Origin: Alphaproteobacteria bacterium
GTDB taxonomy: Bacteria > Pseudomonadota > Alphaproteobacteria > CALKHQ01
Reading direction: 5' to 3'
DNA length: 64,000 nucleotides
NCBI GenBank assembly: GCA_965227515.1
Contig: CBDDFZ010000002.1
Location: 928,001-992,000, forward strand
Each line of letters opens with the position of its first letter. Position 1 is the first letter of the stretch. The notes under the pieces are model-generated. The model had not been told where the DNA came from. It saw only the letters and a list, made by a program, of their open reading frames with translations, and made no database searches. Shown here in pieces: positions 48,057-60,486 of the stretch. Both the position numbers and the translations under genes were made by a program.

Positions 48057-49475
48057 TCAGACGACCTTGCCGGGGTTCATGATCCCGGCAGGGTCGAGGG
48101 CTGTTTTCAGGGTCCGCATCAGGCCGAGTTCCACCGGGCTCTTGTAGCGGGCGAGCTCGTCGCGCTTGATCGAGCCGATGCCGTGCTCGGCCGAGAAGCT
48201 GCCGCCCATGCCGACGGCGATGTCGTGCACGATCCGGGTGACGGCCGGGGTGTGTTCCAGGAACGCAGCGCCGTCCGCGCCCGATGGCTGGCACAGGTTG
48301 AAGTGCACGTTGCCGTCGCCGATGTGGCCGAAGGGCGCGACGTTGACGTCGTCGATGGCGTTCTCGCTGGCGGCGGTCGCATCGCGCAGGAAGTCCGGCA
48401 TCTTCGACACCGGCACCGAGATGTCGTGCTTGATGCACGCGCCTTCCACCTTCTGCGCCTCGGGGATGGTCTCGCGCAAGCGCCACAGGGCCTGTGCCTG
48501 GCCCTCGCTCGCCGCCACCGTGCCGTCCAGAACCAGTGCGGCGCCGATCGCCTGTTCCAAGGCGGACTCGGCCAACAAGGCCAGCGTCTCGCCTGGCTGC
48601 GGGGTGGTCAGTTCGCACAGCACATAGTGGTCGTGGCGGTCGGCCAGCGGGTCGGACGTATCGGCGATGTGGGCGAACACCAAGTCCAGGCAGGCGCGGT
48701 GGATGTATTCGAAGCCGGTCACCGCGTCGCCGGTCGCCTGGCGCATCAGGCCGAGCAGGCGGATGGCGGCGCGCGGGTCCGGTACCGCGACGAGGCTGGT
48801 CACCCGCTGGCGCGGGCGCGGGTAGAGCTTCAGCACCGCGCCGGTGATGATGCCGAGCGTGCCCTCCGCGCCCAGGAAGAGCTGCTTCAGGTCGTAGCCG
48901 GTGTTGTTCTTGCGCAGGTGGTTCAACCCCTCCCACACCGTGCCGTCGGGCAGCACCACCTCCAGCCCCAGCACCAGGTCGCGGGCGTTGCCGTAGCGCA
49001 GCACCTGGGTGCCGCCGGCGTTGGTGGCCAGGTTGCCGCCGATCCGGCAACTGCCCTCCGCCGCCAGGCTCAGCGGGAACAGCCGGTCGGCCTCTTCCGC
49101 TGCGGCCTGCACGTCGGCCAGTATACAGCCGCCGTCCACCGTCATGGTGAAGTTGTCGGGGTCGATGCCACGCACTGTGGTCATGCGCTCCAGCGAGACC
49201 ACCACCTGGTCGTTGTCGACGCTGGGAGTCGCACCGCCCAGATAGCCGGTGTTGCCGCCCTGCGGCACGATGCCCACGCCGGCGTCGCGGCAGGTCTTTA
49301 CCACGCGTGCTACCTCGCCGGTGCTGGCCGGGCGCACCACCAGCGGGCTCTTGCCGGTCACCAAGTTGCGTACGTCGGTCATATAGGGGGCGAGCGCGTC
49401 GGGTTCGGTCACAATGCCCTTGGCGCCGACCGCCCCGGTCAGTGCCGCGATCAGCGTGTCGTCGATCTTGGTCAT
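48057..49475 (-). CDS. FAD-linked oxidase (D-2-hydroxyacid dehydrogenase-like)
   Basis: PQGGNTG, IGGNLATNAGG, RKNNTGYDLK, GHIGDGNVH, SAEHGIG, NPGK. Confidence 0.92.
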   Translation of the reverse strand: MTKIDDTLIAALTGAVGAKGIVTEPDALAPYMTDVRNLVTGKSPLVVRPASTGEVARVVKTCRDAGVGIVPQGGNTGYLGGATPSVDNDQVVVSLERMTTVRGIDPDNFTMTVDGGCILADVQAAAEEADRLFPLSLAAEGSCRIGGNLATNAGGTQVLRYGNARDLVLGLEVVLPDGTVWEGLNHLRKNNTGYDLKQLFLGAEGTLGIITGAVLKLYPRPRQRVTSLVAVPDPRAAIRLLGLMRQATGDAVTGFEYIHRACLDLVFAHIADTSDPLADRHDHYVLCELTTPQPGETLALLAESALEQAIGAALVLDGTVAASEGQAQALWRLRETIPEAQKVEGACIKHDISVPVSKMPDFLRDATAASENAIDDVNVAPFGHIGDGNVHFNLCQPSGADGAAFLEHTPAVTRIVHDIAVGMGGSFSAEHGIGSIKRDELARYKSPVELGLMRTLKTALDPAGIMNPGKVV

Positions 49476-49592
49476 GGACCCTGATGTGCCAGCGCTGCGG
49501 CTTTCCGGCAAGGGCCGGTTTCGTGCCTGCATGAAATGCACTACAACCCGCGCAGACATCGCGGGACCGCACTACGGGGAGCAAACGCAACC

Positions 49593-51044
49593 ATGACCGT
49601 CCAGAAGAATTTCATTGCCGGCGCCTGGTCCGAAGGCGCCGACGCCAACACCGACATCAACCCGTCCAACCTGGCCGACACCGTCGGCGAGTATGCGCGG
49701 GCCGACAAGGCGCAGGCCGAGCAGGCGATCTCCGCCGCCCGTGCCGCGTTGCGGCCGTGGGGGGCGAAGGGCATCCAGGCGCGGTTCGACGCGCTGGACG
49801 CCATCGGCTCGGCGATCATGGCGAAGAAGGCCGATCTCGGCCGCATGCTGAGCCGCGAGGAAGGCAAGACCCTGCCCGAGGGCATGGGCGAGACCATTCG
49901 CGCCGCCCAGATCTTCAAGTATTTCGCCGGCGAGACCCTGCGCATCCAGGGCGAGAAGCTGGCCTCCACCCGGCCCGGCCTGGACGTCGAGATCACCCGC
50001 GAGCCGGTGGGCGTGGTCGGCATCATCACGCCGTGGAACTTCCCGATCGCGATCCCGGCCTGGAAGATCGCGCCCGCGCTTGCCTACGGCAACACGGTGG
50101 TGTTCAAGCCCGCCGATCTGGTGCCGGGCACCGCGCACGCGCTCTCCGAGATCATTGTCGAGGCGCTTGAGGCGGTCGGCGCCCCGGAAGGCACCTTCAA
50201 CCTCGTGATGGGGCGTGGCAGCCAGGTCGGCGACGTCATCGTCAACAACCCGGGTGTGGACGCGGTCAGCTTCACCGGCTCGGTCGACACCGGCTCGCGC
50301 ATCGCCGCGGCGTGCGGTGCGCGGCGTGCCAAGGTGCAGCTCGAGATGGGCGGCAAGAACCCGCTGGTGGTGCTGGACGACGCCGACCTCGGCAACGCGG
50401 TCAACTGCGCGGTCAATGGGGCCTATTTCTCCACCGGCCAGCGCTGCACCGCCTCGTCCCGGCTGATCGTGACCGAGGGCATCCACGACAAGTTCGTCGG
50501 CGCGATGACCGATGCCATCAAGGCGCTGAAGGTGGACGACGCGCTGAAGGACGGCACCCAGATCGGCCCGGTGGTCGACCAGTCCCAGCTCGACCAGAAC
50601 CTGTCCTACATGGATGTCGGCAAGGGCGAGGGCGCCAATCTGGTGTGGGGCGGCGAGCGGCTGAACTGCGACAACGAGGGCTTCTACATGGCGCCGGCCC
50701 TGTTCACCGAGACCAACAACGACATGCGCATCAACCGGGAGGAGATCTTCGGCCCGGTGGCGACGGTGATCCGGGTCAAGGACTACGACGAGGCGCTGGC
50801 GGTGGCCAACGACACCGAGTTCGGCCTGTCGTCGGGCATCTGCACCGGCTCGCTGAAGTATGCCAACGATTTCAAGGCCAACAGTGCTGCCGGCATGACC
50901 ATGGTCAACCTGCCGACGGCGGGCGTGGACTATCACGTGCCGTTCGGCGGCCGGAAGGGCTCCAGCTACGGCGCGCGCGAACAGGGCCACTACGCGCAGG
51001 AGTTCTACACCACGGTGAAAACCAGCTACACGGCGGCGATCTGA
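49593..51044 (+). CDS. aldehyde dehydrogenase (alpha-ketoglutaric semialdehyde dehydrogenase-like)
   Basis: ITPWNFP, FTGS, LEMGGKN, GQRCTA, EEIFGPV, PFGGRKGSS. Confidence 0.93.
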   Translation: MTVQKNFIAGAWSEGADANTDINPSNLADTVGEYARADKAQAEQAISAARAALRPWGAKGIQARFDALDAIGSAIMAKKADLGRMLSREEGKTLPEGMGETIRAAQIFKYFAGETLRIQGEKLASTRPGLDVEITREPVGVVGIITPWNFPIAIPAWKIAPALAYGNTVVFKPADLVPGTAHALSEIIVEALEAVGAPEGTFNLVMGRGSQVGDVIVNNPGVDAVSFTGSVDTGSRIAAACGARRAKVQLEMGGKNPLVVLDDADLGNAVNCAVNGAYFSTGQRCTASSRLIVTEGIHDKFVGAMTDAIKALKVDDALKDGTQIGPVVDQSQLDQNLSYMDVGKGEGANLVWGGERLNCDNEGFYMAPALFTETNNDMRINREEIFGPVATVIRVKDYDEALAVANDTEFGLSSGICTGSLKYANDFKANSAAGMTMVNLPTAGVDYHVPFGGRKGSSYGAREQGHYAQEFYTTVKTSYTAAI

Positions 51045-51065
51045 GGACGCCTGCCGAAAACCCCC

Positions 51066-51430
51066 GTCATGCGCGGGCTTGATCCGCGCATCAATTCTCA
51101 CCACAGTCGTCCTCGCCCTTGTGGATATTGGAATCGCACGGAGTGTCGGCGGAGCTGCTAATTCCCTCTCCCATTTCGGGAGAGGGTGGGGCCCAAACCG
51201 ACAGGTTTGGGAGGGTGAGGGCAGGCGCGGTTGTTTGCCAATGCAGTGGGCAGGGGCAAGGAGCAAGATAACTGTTGGCGTTAAGGCGGCTACGACGCAT
51301 GTGCGGCTTCGCCGCGGCCCTCACCCTCCCGACGCCCACGGCGCCGGGTCCCTCCCTCTCCCGAAATGGGAGAGGGGTTGCAGCCCGCCCCTTCGAGATG
51401 GGTGAGTGCCGCAGGCACAAGGCCGAGGGC
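51066..51430. repeat. nested REP-like cluster
   Basis: gtcatgcgcgggcttgatccgcgcatc; ccctctcccatttcgggagaggg...gggagggtgaggg; ccctcaccctccc...ccctctcccgaaatgggagaggg. Confidence 0.75.
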
Positions 51431-51456
51431 ATCGATCCTGTGATGAATTGACCAGC

Positions 51457-52632
51457 ATGCATCCCCGCACCCTGCTCGTGCTGCTGGCGTTCGCGGCGTT
51501 CACCAGCCTCGGCCTGCCCGATGGCCTGATCGGTGTGGCGTGGCCGTCGATCAGCGTCGACTTCGGGCAGCCGCTGGATGCGCTGGGGCTGCTGGTGGCG
51601 GTGTTCACCACCGGCTACCTGACGTCGAGCTTCCTGGCCGGCGCGCTGTTGCGCCGGTTTACCGTCGGCACCGTGCTGGCGGTGTCGACAACGGCGGCGG
51701 CGGTGGCGCTGCTGGGCTATTCCGTGGCGCCGGCCTGGTGGCTGCTGGTCGGCTTTGCGTTCCTGTCCGGGCTCAGCGGCGGCGCGGTCGATGCCGGGCT
51801 GAACGCCTATGGCGCCACCCACTTCACCCCGCGCACCCTGAACTGGCTGCACGCCTTCTTCGGCGTCGGCACCACGCTGGGGCCGTTGATCGTGACCGCC
51901 GTGCTGGGCGGCGGGCTCGGCTGGCATTGGGCCTATGTCATCGTCGGCTGCGCACAGTTGGCGCTGGCGGCGACGTTCTTCGCGACGCGCGGGATGTGGC
52001 AGCGGGTCCGCGAGATCGGCACGGACAACCGGCCACCGGTCAAGGCCGCGCCGGCTCTGGAGACCGTGCGCCGGCCGATTGTCTGGCTCGGGATGCTGAC
52101 GTTCTTCTGCTACTCCGGCATGGAGATCGCGGCGGCGCAGTGGAGCTATTCGCTGCTGACGCTGGGGCGCGGCGTGGACGAGTCCGTCGCCGGCCTCTAC
52201 GTCGCGCTCTACTGGGGCAGCCTGATGGCCGGGCGCATTCTGTTCGGCTTCGTCGCCAACCGGCTGCCGCTGGTGGCGGCGCTGCGCATCTGCGTGCTCG
52301 CGAACATCGCGGGCACCGTGCTGGTGTGGCTGGAGCCGGTGCCGCTGGCCGCCCCGGTGGGCCTGATGATCATGGGGGCCGCGCTGGCGCCGATCTTCGC
52401 GACCTTGATCAGCCAGACGCCCGAGCGGGTGGGAAGGGCGCATGCGGACAGCGCCATAGGGTTCCAGATCGCGGCGGCCGGCCTGGGCGGTGCTGCGCTG
52501 ACCGCGCTGGTCGGCGTGCTCGCCCGCGGCATCGATCTGGAGGTCATCGGGGCTGCCCTGTTCGCGATTGCCCTCGGCCTGATGCTGATCTACGAGGTGC
52601 TGGTTCGTGCCACCTCAAGGTCGGCCGACTGA
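51457..52632 (+). CDS. MFS transporter
   Basis: SLGLPDGLIGVAWPS, GAVDAGLN, NWLHAFFGVG..LGP; about 12 TM. Confidence 0.92.
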   Translation: MHPRTLLVLLAFAAFTSLGLPDGLIGVAWPSISVDFGQPLDALGLLVAVFTTGYLTSSFLAGALLRRFTVGTVLAVSTTAAAVALLGYSVAPAWWLLVGFAFLSGLSGGAVDAGLNAYGATHFTPRTLNWLHAFFGVGTTLGPLIVTAVLGGGLGWHWAYVIVGCAQLALAATFFATRGMWQRVREIGTDNRPPVKAAPALETVRRPIVWLGMLTFFCYSGMEIAAAQWSYSLLTLGRGVDESVAGLYVALYWGSLMAGRILFGFVANRLPLVAALRICVLANIAGTVLVWLEPVPLAAPVGLMIMGAALAPIFATLISQTPERVGRAHADSAIGFQIAAAGLGGAALTALVGVLARGIDLEVIGAALFAIALGLMLIYEVLVRATSRSAD

Positions 52633-52650
52633 CCGTCACCACGCGCTACC

Positions 52651-53034
52651 ATGCCAATGTTGTCCATCGACCATTTCGTGCTCACCGTCGCCTCCATCGA
52701 CCGGACCTGCGATTTCTACGAGCGTGCGCTCGGCATGCGACGGGTGGCGTTCGCCGGGCGGACGGCGCTGGCGTTCGGCGACCAGAAGATCAACCTGCAC
52801 CCGGCCGACAACCCCTACAGCCCGCGCGCGACGCTGGCGGCACCCGGCACCGGTGACTTCTGCCTGATCTCCGACGAGCCGGTGGCGGACGTGGCGGCGC
52901 GCTGGCGCGAGATGGGGATCGAGATCATCGAGGGCCCGGTGCCGCGCACCGGCGCTCGTGGCGCGCTGACGTCGATCTATTGCCGCGATCCCGACGGCAA
53001 TCTGGTCGAGGTGGCCAATTACGAGGTGGGGTGA
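52651..53034 (+). CDS. VOC/glyoxalase family protein
   Basis: IDHFVLTV, FGDQKINLH, EGPVPRTGA, SIYCRDPDGNLVE. Confidence 0.92.
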   Translation: MPMLSIDHFVLTVASIDRTCDFYERALGMRRVAFAGRTALAFGDQKINLHPADNPYSPRATLAAPGTGDFCLISDEPVADVAARWREMGIEIIEGPVPRTGARGALTSIYCRDPDGNLVEVANYEVG

Positions 53035-53054
53035 GGGCCTGCCATTTATGCGGC

Positions 53055-53177
53055 GTCATTGCGAGGAGCGCCAATCGACCGTAGGAGGGCGGCGCGACGC
53101 GGCAATCCAGAGCTATCTCGCCGCGCTCACGGCAATCGCCTGGATCGCCGCGCCCGCGGGTGCGGGCTCGCGATGAC
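53055..53177. repeat. GTCATTGCGAG-type REP doublet
   Basis: gtcattgcgagg...cgcggcaatcc ... ggatcgccgcg...ctcgcgatgac. Confidence 0.7.
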
Positions 53178-53245
53178 GGTAGTGTGGTAAAGGCGTCAGG
53201 CGGCCCGTAAGCGGGCATGACGGCTGTTGTAATTGCGGAAGCAGC

Positions 53246-53675
53246 GTCAGGCGGCCTGTAAGCCGGGTTCTGTCCAGGCGCGGCCGTAGCCATGCCCTGG
53301 ATGACCATTCATCTGGGACGCCCGTTGCCGGACGCCTCGCGCGACCTACCCGGGCAGCGACGCGGAGACCCGCCCGACGGCGGCCGAAGCCCCGTCTGTG
53401 CCGCCCCTATCCGGTCTTGCTCCCGGTGGGGTTTGCCTTGCCGGCCCCGTTGCCGTTGCCGCGGTGGGCTCTTACCCCACCCTTTCACCCTTGCCGCGCA
53501 ACACCCGAAGGCGCATGCGCGCGGCGGTCTGCTTTCTGTGGCACTTTCCCTGAACGCTGGCGCGAACGCCAGCGCCCGCCGGGCGTTACCCGGCACCGTG
53601 TCTCCATGGAGCCCGGACTTTCCTCCCCGCTGCGGGTTGCCCCATTGCAGCGGGGCGGCCATCCAGCCGCCTGAC
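53246..53675 (-). ncRNA. rnpB: RNase P RNA (class A)
   Basis: Minus strand has GAGGAAAGTCCGGGC, AAAGTGCCACAGAAA, GGTAAGAGC, GGCAAACCCC..GGAGCAAG, ACAGAACCCGGCTTA; P1 helix gtcaggcggc/gccgcctgac. Confidence 0.97.
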
Positions 53676-53687
53676 GTACCGCTCTAT

Positions 53688-54621
53688 TTAGGCGATCTCC
53701 GGCGATGTTGGAATCTCCGGTTGCCGTGCGCGCACCTCGGAGGCCGCGGTGCGCACGATCTCCGCGATATCCGTGAGCTGCGGCGCGAGCGGGCTGGTCT
53801 TGCGCCAGATCATGCCGATGCTGCGCGACGGCTGCGGGTCGGCCAGGCGGGCAAGCGAGACCTCCGCCGTCGGTGTCTCGACCGCGACCGCCATCTCCGG
53901 GATCAGTGTCACGCCGAGGCCGGCGCCGACCATTTGCACCAGGGTCGACAGGCAACTGGCGTCCAACTGGTCGCGCGGCGTGGTCGACTGCATGGCACAG
54001 AACGCCAGCGCCTGGTCGCGAAAGCAGTGGCCCTCTTCCAGTAGCAGGAGCTGCAGCTCGCGCAGGGCGTCGCTGCCCGGAACCGGCTTGCCGGCATCGG
54101 CCCGGGGACGCACCAGGATGAAGCTCTCGCTGAACAGCGCGATCTCCTCGAACGCCGGCTCGGATATGGGCAGCGCCAGTATCGCCGCGTCCAAACGGCC
54201 TTCGCGCAACTCCACCAGCAGCTTTGACGTCATGGTCTCGCGCACCCGGATATCCAGGGTGCCATGCACCTCGTGCAACTTGCCGACGATTGCGGGCAGC
54301 AGGTAGGGACCGATGGTGGGAATGACGCCCAGGCGGAGCTGTCCGACCAGCCGGTTGCCCGAAACGCGCGCCAGTTCGTCCAGTTCGTCGACCGAGCGCA
54401 GGATCTTGCGCACCCGTTCGGCGAACGTGGCCCCGAAACCGGTCAGCCGCACGTGGCGGGCGCCACGCTCGAACAGCGGCGTGTCCAGCGTCTCTTCCAA
54501 CTCCTTGATCTGGAGCGAAAGTGCCGGCTGGGAGATGGCGCACGCCTCCGCGGCGCGGCCGAAATGGCCGTGGCGTGCCAGCGCCTCGAAATAGCGCAAT
54601 TGCCGAAGGGTCAGATTGTTC

Positions 54622-54623
<2 letters not shown>
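53688..54623 (-). CDS. oxyR: hydrogen peroxide-responsive LysR regulator
   Basis: LysR HTH (LRQLRYF..SQPALS); EEGHCFRDQALAFC with two redox Cys nine residues apart; divergent from katG. Confidence 0.92.
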
Positions 54624-56954
<2,331 letters not shown>

Positions 56955-57055
56955 CCAGCCAGGATCGGCTGCCAATGACCGGCCCCGTCGAGACCCATGA
57001 AGGACTTCTCGGCGGGGCCTTTCTGCTGTGCGCCATACCTCGGTATAATTCGGTG

Positions 57056-57140
57056 AATTCGGTGACAGTTTACTAAATACAACCTCGACGTCATTGGACG
57101 GGCAAGGCGCCGCGGGTATTTAGTAAACTGTCACCGAATT
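57056..57140. repeat. 25-bp inverted repeat element (GGTGACAGTTTACTAAATAC family)
   Basis: aattcggtgacagtttactaaatac -35 nt- gtatttagtaaactgtcaccgaatt. Confidence 0.85.
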
Positions 57141-57188
57141 ATGCGCTCGCAATGACGGCTTGAGAGCTGGTTGGCCGCGATCGTTGGC

Positions 57189-58604
57189 CTACGCGTCGGC
57201 GTAGCGCTCCATGATCGCCGCCGCGATGGCGCGCATGCCCATCGCCTCGCCGCCGCGCGGGTGGCCGGGGCGCGGGCGCAGGTTCCACGCCATCAGGTCG
57301 ACATGGGCCCAGGCCGTGCCGTTGGGCACGAAGCGCTGCAGGAACAGGGCGGCCACGATGGCGCCGCCATAGGGCCCGTCGGAGATGTTGTTGATGTCGG
57401 CCAGGTGTCCCTCCAGGCCCTTGGCATAGGGGGCGTAGAGCGGCATCCGCCACATCGCGTCGTACGCGCGGGTGCCCGCGTCGAGAATGGCGTTCGCCCA
57501 GCCATCGTCGTTGCAGAACAGGGCCGGCAGGTCGGTGCCCAGTGCCACCCGCGCGGCACCGGTCAGCGTCGCCATGTCGACGATCAGGTCCGGCTTCTCC
57601 TCCACCGCGACGGTGAGCGCATCGCACAGGATCAGCCGGCCCTCGGCGTCGGTATTGCCGACCTCGACCGTGATGCCGGCGCGGGTCTTGATGATGTCGT
57701 GGGGGCGGAAGGCGTTGCCCGCGATGTTGTTCTCCACCGCCGGCACCAGGGTGCGCAGGCGGATCGGCGCGCCCGCGCCCATCAGCATGTCGGCGATGCC
57801 CAGGATGTTGGCGGCCCCGCCCATGTCCTTCTTCATGATCTCCATGCCACGGGCCGGCTTGATGTCGAGCCCGCCGGTGTCGAAGCACACGCCCTTGCCG
57901 ACCAGCGTCACCTTCGGGTGGTCCGGGTTGCCCCAGGTGATGTCGATCAGCCGCGGCGGGTCGTCGCTGGCGCGCCCGACGGTGTGGATCGCGGCGAGCT
58001 GGGCATCCAGCAGGGCGTCGCCGACCACGTGCTCCACCTTGGCGTCGTGCTCGGCCGCCATCGTCTCGGCGGCGGCGGCGAGCTGGCTCGGGCCCAGATC
58101 CTCAGCCGGGGTGTTGATCAGGTCGCGGCACATGGCGGTGGCGCGGGCGGCGCGGGTGACGGCGTCGCGGTCGATACCCTCGGGCCACACCAGCCGGGCC
58201 GGTTCCGGCCTGCCATTGCTCTTCTTGCCGTTGGTCTTGTAGCGGTCGAAGCTGTAGGTGCCCAGCGCCCAGCCCAGCGCCGCATGGCCGGCCACGGTCG
58301 CGTCGACCGGCTCGACAAGCTGGTAGTCGCCGGGCGGCAGGGTGAGCGCCACGCCGCCATAGCCGAACAGCGGCTCGTCGCCCTGGCCCTGGGACGGGTC
58401 GCCGATCAGGGCCATGGCCGCGCGGCCGTTCTCGTCGGGTACCAGGCAGACCTGACCCGGGCGGCCGGTGAACTGGTTGACCGACAGCCAGGCGCGCGCC
58501 GCCTCTGGCTGGTTGTCGCGCCATGCCGCCAGCCCGGCAGCGCTCAGCGGCACCAACGGTATGGGGTTGGCGGCGTCGGCGGAATCGACTAGGGCGTCAG
58601 GCAC
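57189..58604 (-). CDS. M17 leucyl aminopeptidase family
   Basis: VGKGVCFDTGG, MKKDMGGAA, NTDAEGRL, ATLTGA. Confidence 0.95.
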   Translation of the reverse strand: MPDALVDSADAANPIPLVPLSAAGLAAWRDNQPEAARAWLSVNQFTGRPGQVCLVPDENGRAAMALIGDPSQGQGDEPLFGYGGVALTLPPGDYQLVEPVDATVAGHAALGWALGTYSFDRYKTNGKKSNGRPEPARLVWPEGIDRDAVTRAARATAMCRDLINTPAEDLGPSQLAAAAETMAAEHDAKVEHVVGDALLDAQLAAIHTVGRASDDPPRLIDITWGNPDHPKVTLVGKGVCFDTGGLDIKPARGMEIMKKDMGGAANILGIADMLMGAGAPIRLRTLVPAVENNIAGNAFRPHDIIKTRAGITVEVGNTDAEGRLILCDALTVAVEEKPDLIVDMATLTGAARVALGTDLPALFCNDDGWANAILDAGTRAYDAMWRMPLYAPYAKGLEGHLADINNISDGPYGGAIVAALFLQRFVPNGTAWAHVDLMAWNLRPRPGHPRGGEAMGMRAIAAAIMERYADA

Positions 58605-58725
58605 GGTTCATCTCCGGTCGTCTTTGGTGTCGGCGACAGGTACAATATCGGCGACGCGGTTAACAGCGATCGACACGCCGCGAGGGGTCGCGGCACAAAA
58701 AGAATTGGTCAGTGGGAGTGCGGTC

Positions 58726-59382
58726 ATGTCGTCCATGCGTGTGATCATCGGCAACAAGAATTATTCGTCCTGGTCGCTACGCGGCTGGCTGGCCGCGCGG
58801 CACGTCGGCGCCGAGTTTGAGGAGGTGCTGGTCCAGCTCGACCGTCCGGACACCGCGCAGGAGATTCGCCGCCATTCCCCCTCCGGCCTGGTGCCGGCGC
58901 TGGTGGATGGCGACCTGACGGTGTGGGATTCGCTGGCGATCTGCGAGTATTTGGCCGAGCAGCACCCGGAGGCGGGTATGTGGCCGGAAGACCCTGCGGT
59001 GCGCGCCCATGCCCGCTCGGTCGCGGCGGAAATGCACAGCGGCTTTCGCGCGCTCAGGGTCGCGATGCCGATGAACCTGCGCCGCAAGCCGAAGGCGCTG
59101 AATATCGACGACGACGTGCGCAGCGACATCACCCGCATCTGCGCGATCTGGCGCGATTGCCGCGCCCATTTCGCAACCGGCGACTCGCCGTGGCTCTATG
59201 GCAATTACGGTGTGCCAGACATCATGTTCACGCCGGTGGCGTGGCGCTTCCATAGCTATGCGGTCGATCTTGACGAGGGCTGCGCGGCCTATGCCGAGGC
59301 GCTGAGAAGCACGCCGGCAATGAAGGAATGGCTGGACGCCGCGCTCGACGAGCCGTGGATCAGCGACGCCTACGAGCTCTGA
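58726..59382 (+). CDS. glutathione S-transferase family
   Basis: IGNKNYSSWSLRGW, SPSGLVP.L, WDSLAICEYL, AEMHSGF. Confidence 0.92.
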   Translation: MSSMRVIIGNKNYSSWSLRGWLAARHVGAEFEEVLVQLDRPDTAQEIRRHSPSGLVPALVDGDLTVWDSLAICEYLAEQHPEAGMWPEDPAVRAHARSVAAEMHSGFRALRVAMPMNLRRKPKALNIDDDVRSDITRICAIWRDCRAHFATGDSPWLYGNYGVPDIMFTPVAWRFHSYAVDLDEGCAAYAEALRSTPAMKEWLDAALDEPWISDAYEL

Positions 59383-59405
59383 GCAGCCGGCCGGCCACGC
59401 CAGAA

Positions 59406-60341
59406 TTACGACAGTCCCTCGGATGACGGCGTGCCCGCCGCGTTCGCCTTGATCTCGCGGATCAGTTCGTCGTGGCAGGGGGTCGGAATGCCGTGGGCGC
59501 GGCCCAGCCGGGCGATGGTGCCCGACAGCCAGGGCAGTTCCAGCCGGCCGCCGCGCTCCAGATCCTGCTGCATCGACGACTTCATCTCATAGGCCATGCC
59601 GTCGAGCGCGGTCATCTGCCTGGCGTGCAGGTCGTCCGGCAGGCCCGGGCACTCGGCCCGGCCGACCGCGATGGCCTCGTCCAGCGCGTCGGACATGCGG
59701 CCGCGGTCGTGCTCCATCACCCAGCCGATGGTCTTGCGATGGGCCGTGGTCAGTCCACTGTGACAGGCCAGCATGGAGAACTTGATCCAGATGGCGGCGA
59801 AGATGTTGTCGCTCAGTTCGGCGTTCACCTCCGGCAGGTCGGCCGCCGCGTGCAGCGCCGAGACCCGGGGGTCGGGCTTGCCGTCCAGGCTGCCGACGAC
59901 CAGCCGGGTCATCGGGTTGTTCTGGCGGACCACGCCGGGTTCGACGATTTCGGCGGGGATGTAGACCGTGCCGCCGGCCACCCGTTGCGGCCCGTAACGC
60001 TCCAACAGCAAGGGCTCGGCGTCGACGCCGTTCTGCAGCGAGACGACCAGGGTCTCGGGCCCCACCATCGGCGCGATCGCATCGACCGCGCCGGCCAGGT
60101 CCCACAGCTTGGTGCACACCAGCACCGCGTCGCAAGCGCCGACCTTGGCCGGATCGTCGGTGGCGTTGGGGTTGGCGATGGTGAAGTCGCCGTGCGGGCT
60201 GATCACGGACAGCCCGTTCTCCAGCATCGCCGCCAGGTGGCGGCCGCGCGCGATGAAGTGCACATCGGCCCGCTCGGCCTGGGCAATGCGCCCGCCATAG
60301 TACCCGCCGACGCCGCCGGTGCCGAACACGCCGATTTTCAT
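59406..60341 (-). CDS. panE: 2-dehydropantoate 2-reductase family
   Basis: GTGGVGGYYG, LQNG, W.K, SSMQQD...G..LE. Confidence 0.88.
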   Translation of the reverse strand: MKIGVFGTGGVGGYYGGRIAQAERADVHFIARGRHLAAMLENGLSVISPHGDFTIANPNATDDPAKVGACDAVLVCTKLWDLAGAVDAIAPMVGPETLVVSLQNGVDAEPLLLERYGPQRVAGGTVYIPAEIVEPGVVRQNNPMTRLVVGSLDGKPDPRVSALHAAADLPEVNAELSDNIFAAIWIKFSMLACHSGLTTAHRKTIGWVMEHDRGRMSDALDEAIAVGRAECPGLPDDLHARQMTALDGMAYEMKSSMQQDLERGGRLELPWLSGTIARLGRAHGIPTPCHDELIREIKANAAGTPSSEGLS

Positions 60342-60486
60342 GAAACGGTCTCCAACGATTGGGAATGTGCGCCTTGATAGCACGCGGGTCACCCAGGTGT
60401 GAGGCGGATTGACGGCGCGGTGCCGCCATCGGCGGTTACACAGGATCGGCACATATGGGTCGACCCCGACCCGAAGGAACAAGCGA

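Noticed and set aside
53292-53674. ORFs of 85-250 aa
   Set aside because: They overlap the RNase P RNA gene.
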